Source of the DNA: Candidatus Thermofontivivens primus
GTDB lineage: Bacteria; Sysuimicrobiota; Sysuimicrobiia; Sysuimicrobiales; Thermofontiviventaceae
Length of the DNA: 10,967 bases
Direction of reading: 5' to 3'
NCBI GenBank assembly: GCA_031458695.1
Contig: JAVKJW010000049.1
Coordinates: 1 to 10,967 of the forward strand
Shown: positions 6,185-10,967 of the stretch, piece after piece
Layout: each line of letters starts with the position of its first letter
How positions within the stretch are numbered: position 1 is the stretch's first letter
Notes under the pieces: generated by a model
Seen by the model: the letters and a program-made list of their open reading frames with translations, nothing else
Databases searched by the model: none
What the model was told of the DNA's origin: nothing
Translations under genes and position numbers: made by a program

Positions 6185-6306
6185 TATACCACCTTCCTCG
6201 TCGTAAGCGCCCGAAAGTAGGCCTCGTCCCGCAGAGGGCTGCTGATCCCCGTATAGACCACGGTGTTCCGGATATTGCGGTGGCCCAGCCAGTTTTGGAT
6301 CAGCCT
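6184..6306 (-). pseudogene. C-terminal remnant of a tyrosine recombinase/integrase (FimB/FimE/XerC-like box II)
   Basis: Manual translation gives RLIQNWLGHRNIRNTVVYTGISSPLRDEAYFRALTTRKVV*, containing the LGH...Y catalytic motif. An in-frame TAA a few codons upstream and no start codon show the 5' part is lost. Confidence 0.8.
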
Positions 6307-6444
6307 GGGCCGCCTGATGCGAATTTACACACCTCGTTTGCGTTTGGCACCGGCCTAGACACGGCGCAGCCGACGTGCTAGCTCCAGCATCCCCTTCACC
6401 GATTTTCCTTGGTCACCCATACTGGAGCCGGAAGAGCCTAAGTT

Positions 6445-7218
6445 TTAGGTGAAAGTCAGGTCCTCGTCGAGGAGATCCGTGATGAACATGTGTCCTGGCG
6501 CGTGGGTGATGAGGAGATCGATCTTAGTGTGAAGCGCAACAGCCTGAGGTGTGACGCCACACGCCCAGAACACCGGGATCTCCCCCTCGCGGACCTCCAC
6601 AGGGTCACCGAAGTCGGGTTTCTGGAGGTCTCGGATCCCGATTTCCTTTGGATCACCAATGTGCACAGGGCCCCCATGGGCGAGTGGGTAGCGAGAGGTA
6701 ACGTGGACGACCCTCGGCACCAAGGGGGCAGGGATCGGCCGCATGCTCACGACCATCGGACCCTGGAAGGGGCCAGAGGGCTTGCAGGGGATCGTTGTGA
6801 TGTACATGGGGACATTCACCCCTGCTTCGATATGCCGCACGGGGATGCCTGCGCGGAGCATCGCGTGCTCGAAGGTGAAGCTGCATCCCAGGAGGAAGGC
6901 CACAAGATCCTCCCTCCAGTAGCTCATCAGATCGGTCACTTCCGCAATCAGGACACCGCGTTCGTACACCCTGTACTTCGGAAGATCGGTGCGGAGATCT
7001 GCGCCCTGGGCGGTGTAGCGAGGGTGTGGATCTCCAGGATCAGTGACCTCGAGCAGAGGGCATGGCTTCGGGTTCCGCTGGCAGAACACCAGGAAGTCGT
7101 AGGCAAGCCCCCTTGGAACGATCACAAGGTTGGCCTGGGCGTAGCCAGGCGCCAAACCTGCAGTTGGCCCCGTCCACTCCCCACGTCGGATGCGCTCCCT
7201 CCACTGGGCAGGTGTCAT
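6445..7218 (-). CDS. Putative hydro-lyase, DUF1445/UPF0317 (D-glutamate cyclase-like, YcsI-like)
   Basis: Motifs PTAGLAPGYAQANLVI, FCQRNPKPCPLL, DLRTDLPKY, FLLGCSFTFE, NVPMYIT, GPMVVSMRP, HGGPVHIGDP, PDFGD, PVFWACGVTPQ, ITHAPGHMFITD. Start is ATG 7218 (or GTG 7227); the track extension to 7506 overlaps the aconitase gene. Confidence 0.92.
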   Translation of the reverse strand: MTPAQWRERIRRGEWTGPTAGLAPGYAQANLVIVPRGLAYDFLVFCQRNPKPCPLLEVTDPGDPHPRYTAQGADLRTDLPKYRVYERGVLIAEVTDLMSYWREDLVAFLLGCSFTFEHAMLRAGIPVRHIEAGVNVPMYITTIPCKPSGPFQGPMVVSMRPIPAPLVPRVVHVTSRYPLAHGGPVHIGDPKEIGIRDLQKPDFGDPVEVREGEIPVFWACGVTPQAVALHTKIDLLITHAPGHMFITDLLDEDLTFT

Positions 7219-7267
7219 CTCCCTCACCGAGAGGTACTTCCCCCTGATCCCTCGCCACTCCTCCCGG

Positions 7268-7296
7268 TGGAAAAAGGAGCGAGCCCATGCTATTCT
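7268..7296 (+). promoter_or_regulatory. Sigma70-type promoter with extended -10 for the aconitase-coxL-like operon
   Basis: TGGAAA (7268-7273) - 17 nt - TATTCT (7291-7296) preceded by TGn, in the 124-bp divergent intergenic region. SD AAGGAGGAGG follows upstream of ATG 7343. Confidence 0.55.
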
Positions 7297-7342
7297 GAGA
7301 ACGGTGCTTGTTGCGATACCGAAAAGGAGGAGGGAACCATCG

Positions 7343-9268
7343 ATGGGCCAGAACATCGTCGAAAAGATCCTCGCAACACACCTTGTTGAAGGCGATCCGG
7401 TTCCGGGAAAGGAGATCGCCATCCGCATCGACCAAACACTCCTCCAAGATGCCACAGGGACCATGGCATGCCTTGAGTTCGAGGCGATGGGCGTCCCGCG
7501 CGTCAAGGTGGACCCTGCGGTTGTGTACGTGGATCACAACATGCTCCAGGTGGGATTTGAGAACGCCGACGACCACCGGTTCCTCCAGACCTTCGCGGCA
7601 AAGCACGGCATGTACTTCAGCAAGCCGGGCAATGGCATCTGTCACCAGGTCCACTTGCAGCGATTTGCCGTTCCCGGGAAGACCCTCCTCGGATCCGACA
7701 GCCACACTCCCATGGCAGGGGCGTTGGGGATGCTTGCCATTGGCGCAGGAGGGCTGGATGTGGCCATGGCTATGGCCGGGGAGCCCTACCACCTCATCAT
7801 GCCCAAGGTTGTGCTCGTGCGTCTGACAGGCCGGCTGGGACCCTGGGTCTCCGGCAAGGACGTGATCCTGGAGCTCCTCCGCCGCCTCTCCGTGAAGGGA
7901 GGGGTCGGGAAGATTTTCGAGTTTGGAGGAGACGGGCTGCAGAGCCTGGACATCCTCCAGAGGGCTCCCATCGCCAACATGATCGCCGAGCTCGGGGCAA
8001 CGTCGGCCGTCTTCCCGAGCGACGAGCTGACCCGCCGCTTCCTGCGGGCGCAGAAGCGGGAGGACCAGTGGGTCCCCTTGGCCGCCGACCCTGATGCTTC
8101 TTACGATGAGGTCATCGAGATCGATCTCTCCACCTTAGAGCCTTTGATCGCCCGACCTTCCAGCCCGGACAACGTCGTCCCCGTGCGCGAGGTTGCTGGC
8201 ACGCCCGTGGCCCAGGTCTGTGTGGGGAGTTGCCAGAATAGTAGCTACCGCGACCTGCGCGTGGTCGCCGAGGTGTTGAACGGCCAGACTGTCCATCCCA
8301 GTGTGAGTCTGACAATCACCCCAGGCTCCCGCCAGGTTTATGAGATGGTGGCACGAGATGGGACGCTCGCCCAGCTCATCAAGGCAGGAGCCCGGATCCT
8401 CGAGGCAAGCTGCGGCCCGTGCATCGGAATGGGACAGGCTCCCCCTACTGGCGGTGTCTCTGTCCGGACTTTCAACCGAAACTTCCCTGGCCGGAGCGGG
8501 ACGCCCAACGACCTGGTCTACCTGGCTAGTCCTGAAGTGGCGGCTGTTGCAGCGCTCACGGGGCGGATCACTGATCCGAGAGAACTCGGGGATCCTCCCA
8601 GGGTCGATGAGCCGGAAGAGTACATCGTGGACGATCGCCTGATCCTCCCACCTTCGCCTGAACCCGAGCGCGTGGAGATCCTCCGCGGTCCCAACATCAA
8701 GCCTGTCCCGATCCCTGAGCCAATGCCGGAGACACTCCGCGGACGCGTCCTCCTCAAGGTAGGGGACAACATCACCACCGACCACATCCTCCCTGCAGGC
8801 GCGAAGGTGCTCCCGCTGCGCAGCAACATCCCGGCGATCAGCGAGTACGTCTACCACCATGTGGATCCGGGATTTGTCCAGAGGGCGAAGGAATGGGGCG
8901 GAGGGTTCATCGTGGGCGGGACGAACTATGGGCAGGGATCCTCGCGGGAGCATGCGGCCATTGCCCCGCGCTATTTGGGCGTGCGCTTCGTGGTTGCCAA
9001 GTCCTTTGCCCGCATCCACTGGAACAACTTGGTGAACTTTGGGATCCTCCCTCTCACCTTCGCCAACGAGGAGGACTATGAGGCGATCCAGCAGGGTGAG
9101 GAGTGGGAAATCCCAGAGGTCCGGCGCCGTTTGATGGCTGGAGAGCCGCTTGTCCTCCGCAACGTGGCTACCGGAAAGGAAATCCCTGTGCAACACCAGT
9201 TGACACCTCGTCAGATTGAGATGGTCCTGGACGGAGGTCTCCTCGCCCACATCCGACGCCGAGGGTAA
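7343..9268 (+). CDS. acn: Aconitate hydratase family protein, short single-chain type (about 641 aa; 'Aquifex-type' putative aconitase)
   Basis: Motifs QDATGTMA, YVDHN, PGNGICHQVH, GSDSHT, [4Fe-4S] cysteines in GSCQN and CGPCIG, RTFNRNF, swivel domain DNITTDHI, NYGQGSSREHA, SFARIH. SD present upstream of ATG 7343 (MGQNIVEKIL). Confidence 0.93.
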   Translation: MGQNIVEKILATHLVEGDPVPGKEIAIRIDQTLLQDATGTMACLEFEAMGVPRVKVDPAVVYVDHNMLQVGFENADDHRFLQTFAAKHGMYFSKPGNGICHQVHLQRFAVPGKTLLGSDSHTPMAGALGMLAIGAGGLDVAMAMAGEPYHLIMPKVVLVRLTGRLGPWVSGKDVILELLRRLSVKGGVGKIFEFGGDGLQSLDILQRAPIANMIAELGATSAVFPSDELTRRFLRAQKREDQWVPLAADPDASYDEVIEIDLSTLEPLIARPSSPDNVVPVREVAGTPVAQVCVGSCQNSSYRDLRVVAEVLNGQTVHPSVSLTITPGSRQVYEMVARDGTLAQLIKAGARILEASCGPCIGMGQAPPTGGVSVRTFNRNFPGRSGTPNDLVYLASPEVAAVAALTGRITDPRELGDPPRVDEPEEYIVDDRLILPPSPEPERVEILRGPNIKPVPIPEPMPETLRGRVLLKVGDNITTDHILPAGAKVLPLRSNIPAISEYVYHHVDPGFVQRAKEWGGGFIVGGTNYGQGSSREHAAIAPRYLGVRFVVAKSFARIHWNNLVNFGILPLTFANEEDYEAIQQGEEWEIPEVRRRLMAGEPLVLRNVATGKEIPVQHQLTPRQIEMVLDGGLLAHIRRRG

Positions 9269-9276
9269 GAGCGACG

Positions 9277-10967
9277 ATGTCCATTGCTGGCTTGCTTGGA
9301 GCGCGGGTAAGGCGCATCGAGGATCCGAAGCTCCTCCGCGGGGAGGGAAGCTACGTTGCGGATCTCAAGCTTCCCGGGATGGTCCACGTTGCCTTCGTGC
9401 GGAGCCCTCTTGCCCACGCCCGGATCCTGCGCATCGACCCCTCGCCGGCCCTTCAACTTCCCGGAGTCGTGGCTGTGCTCACTTGGGAGTCCGTCCGGGA
9501 TGCAGCTCTCTTTGTCCCCACCACGGAGACCAAAGGATTCAAGGCACCGGAATATCCTGTACTGGCGGCGGAGAAGGTTCACTACGCCGGACAGCCCGTT
9601 GCTGTCGTGGTGGCGGAGGACCCGCACGTCGCAGCCGATGCAGCGAGCCTCGTGGAGGTGGAGTATGACCCTCTCCTCCCGGTTCTCGATGTGGAGGAGG
9701 CGAAGACGGATCACGTCGTCCTCCACGAGACCCTCGGGACGAACATCGCCTATTCGCGGATCTTCCGTGGCGGCGACGTGGACAAGGTCTTCGCCACGGC
9801 CGAGGTAACCATCCGCCAGCGATTCACCTTGCCGCGCCTGGCTCCGGTCCCCCTCGAGGGGCGAGCGGTCATTGCAAGCTATATCCGCGCGCCTGGCCCG
9901 GGAAGCCTCGCCGTATGGACCTCGACCCAGGTGCCTCACGATGTGAAAAGGGAGCTGGCCAAAGCGTTGGGGATCGCTGCGAACCGCCTCCGCGTTGTTG
10001 CGCCGGATGTGGGGGGCGGGTTCGGGAGCAAGCTGAATGTCTACCCAGAGGAGATCCTCGTCCCCTTCCTGGCCATGCGCCTTGGGCGTCCGGTAAAATG
10101 GGTCGAGGAGCGCAGGGAGGGGTTCACAGCTACGGCGCACGGACGGGCCCAGGTCGCTGACCTGGAGCTGGCCGCCACACGTGACGGCAGGATCCTGGGA
10201 ATCCGTGGGATGATCCTCGCGGACCTTGGGGCTTACCCTCTCCTTACGACGCCGATTGTGCCTCCCCTCACACCCCGCATGCTTCCCGGGTGTTACAGGA
10301 TCGAGGCCCTTGAGGTCAGGCTGGAGATGGTCTACACCACCGCGACGCCCACCGGAGCGTACAGAGGGGCGGGGAGGCCGGAAGCTGCATATTACATCGA
10401 GCGGCTGGTGGATCTCCTTGCCCGAGAGATCGGGATGGACCCCGCAGAGGTGCGCAGGCGCAACTTCATCTCCCCAGAGGCCTTTCCCTATACCACGGTG
10501 ACGAAGCTCACGTACGATTCAGGAAACTACGCCGCTGCCCTGCAGAAAGCCCTGGAAGTGGGAGAGTATAACGCTTGGCGGCGCAGGCAGGAGGAACTGA
10601 GGAAGCAGGGTCGTCACCTGGGGATTGGCCTCTCCACTTACGTGGAGATCTGCGGCTTCGGGCCCTGGGAGTACGGGGCAGTGCGCGTGGAGGCCGATGG
10701 CACTGTTTGCGTGTATACCGGAACCTCTCCCCATGGCCAGGGCGCAGGAACAGCGCTGGCGCAGATCACAGCTGAAACCCTCGGGGTTCCAATCGAGAAG
10801 GTCGCGGTCATCCACGGAGATACGGACCTGATCCCTCATGGCTTTGGAACAGGTGGAAGCCGCACCCTTGCTGTGGGAGGTTCGGCAGTCTACCTTGCTG
10901 CGAGCAGGGTGCGGGAAAAGATGGTGCGTATCGCAGCTCACCTATTGGAGGCTTCACCCCAAGATAT
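9277..10967 (+). CDS. Xanthine dehydrogenase family molybdopterin-binding subunit (form II CoxL/CutL-like), 3'-truncated by window end
   Basis: Not in the ORF track because it has no stop in the window. Manual translation from ATG 9277 gives RRIEDPKLLRGEGSYVAD, FVRSPLAHARI, WTSTQVPH, DVGGGFGSK, GRPVKWVE, AYRGAGRPEA, MDPAEVRRRN, YDSGNY, PHGQG, GTGGSR. The frame is open to the end. Confidence 0.93.
   Translation, partial: MSIAGLLGARVRRIEDPKLLRGEGSYVADLKLPGMVHVAFVRSPLAHARILRIDPSPALQLPGVVAVLTWESVRDAALFVPTTETKGFKAPEYPVLAAEKVHYAGQPVAVVVAEDPHVAADAASLVEVEYDPLLPVLDVEEAKTDHVVLHETLGTNIAYSRIFRGGDVDKVFATAEVTIRQRFTLPRLAPVPLEGRAVIASYIRAPGPGSLAVWTSTQVPHDVKRELAKALGIAANRLRVVAPDVGGGFGSKLNVYPEEILVPFLAMRLGRPVKWVEERREGFTATAHGRAQVADLELAATRDGRILGIRGMILADLGAYPLLTTPIVPPLTPRMLPGCYRIEALEVRLEMVYTTATPTGAYRGAGRPEAAYYIERLVDLLAREIGMDPAEVRRRNFISPEAFPYTTVTKLTYDSGNYAAALQKALEVGEYNAWRRRQEELRKQGRHLGIGLSTYVEICGFGPWEYGAVRVEADGTVCVYTGTSPHGQGAGTALAQITAETLGVPIEKVAVIHGDTDLIPHGFGTGGSRTLAVGGSAVYLAASRVREKMVRIAAHLLEASPQD

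Noticed and set aside
6490..10941. Long antisense/alternate-frame ORFs (6490-7389, 7040-7792, 8135-9250, 9211-10140, 10519-10941, etc.)
   Set aside because: These are shadow ORFs of well-supported genes, expected from GC-rich codon usage, and have no recognisable motifs.
9277..10967. Calling the last gene a bona fide aerobic CO dehydrogenase (coxL form I)
   Set aside because: The active-site loop is AYRGAGR and lacks the Cu-ligating Cys of AYxCSFR.

Overview
GC-rich bacterial window with three blocks. (1) 90-4775, minus strand: a tightly coupled six-gene operon encoding a membrane-anchored coiled-coil protein with a His/acidic tail, a small membrane-anchored protein ending in RTRSSR, a FAD:protein FMN transferase (ApbE) with no signal peptide, a stand-alone MsrQ/ferric-reductase-type di-haem membrane protein, an OmpR/PhoB-family regulator and a HAMP sensor kinase. 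Phased TTAACA repeats (11-bp period) upstream look like the regulator's binding site. No canonical [S/T]GA[S/T] flavinylation substrate is visible, which makes this the best candidate for a poorly described flavinylation/membrane redox system. (2) ~4800-6430: a decayed accessory patch with an intact vapB, an internally deleted vapC, two truncated antitoxin-like genes joined tail-to-tail, a small TM/coiled-coil gene and the C-terminal stub of a tyrosine recombinase. (3) 6445-10967: a DUF1445 (D-glutamate cyclase-like) gene divergent from a short-type aconitase-family hydratase and a form II CoxL-like molybdoenzyme large subunit that runs off the window end and is missing from the ORF track. All assignments come from reading motifs by eye; no database searches were run.
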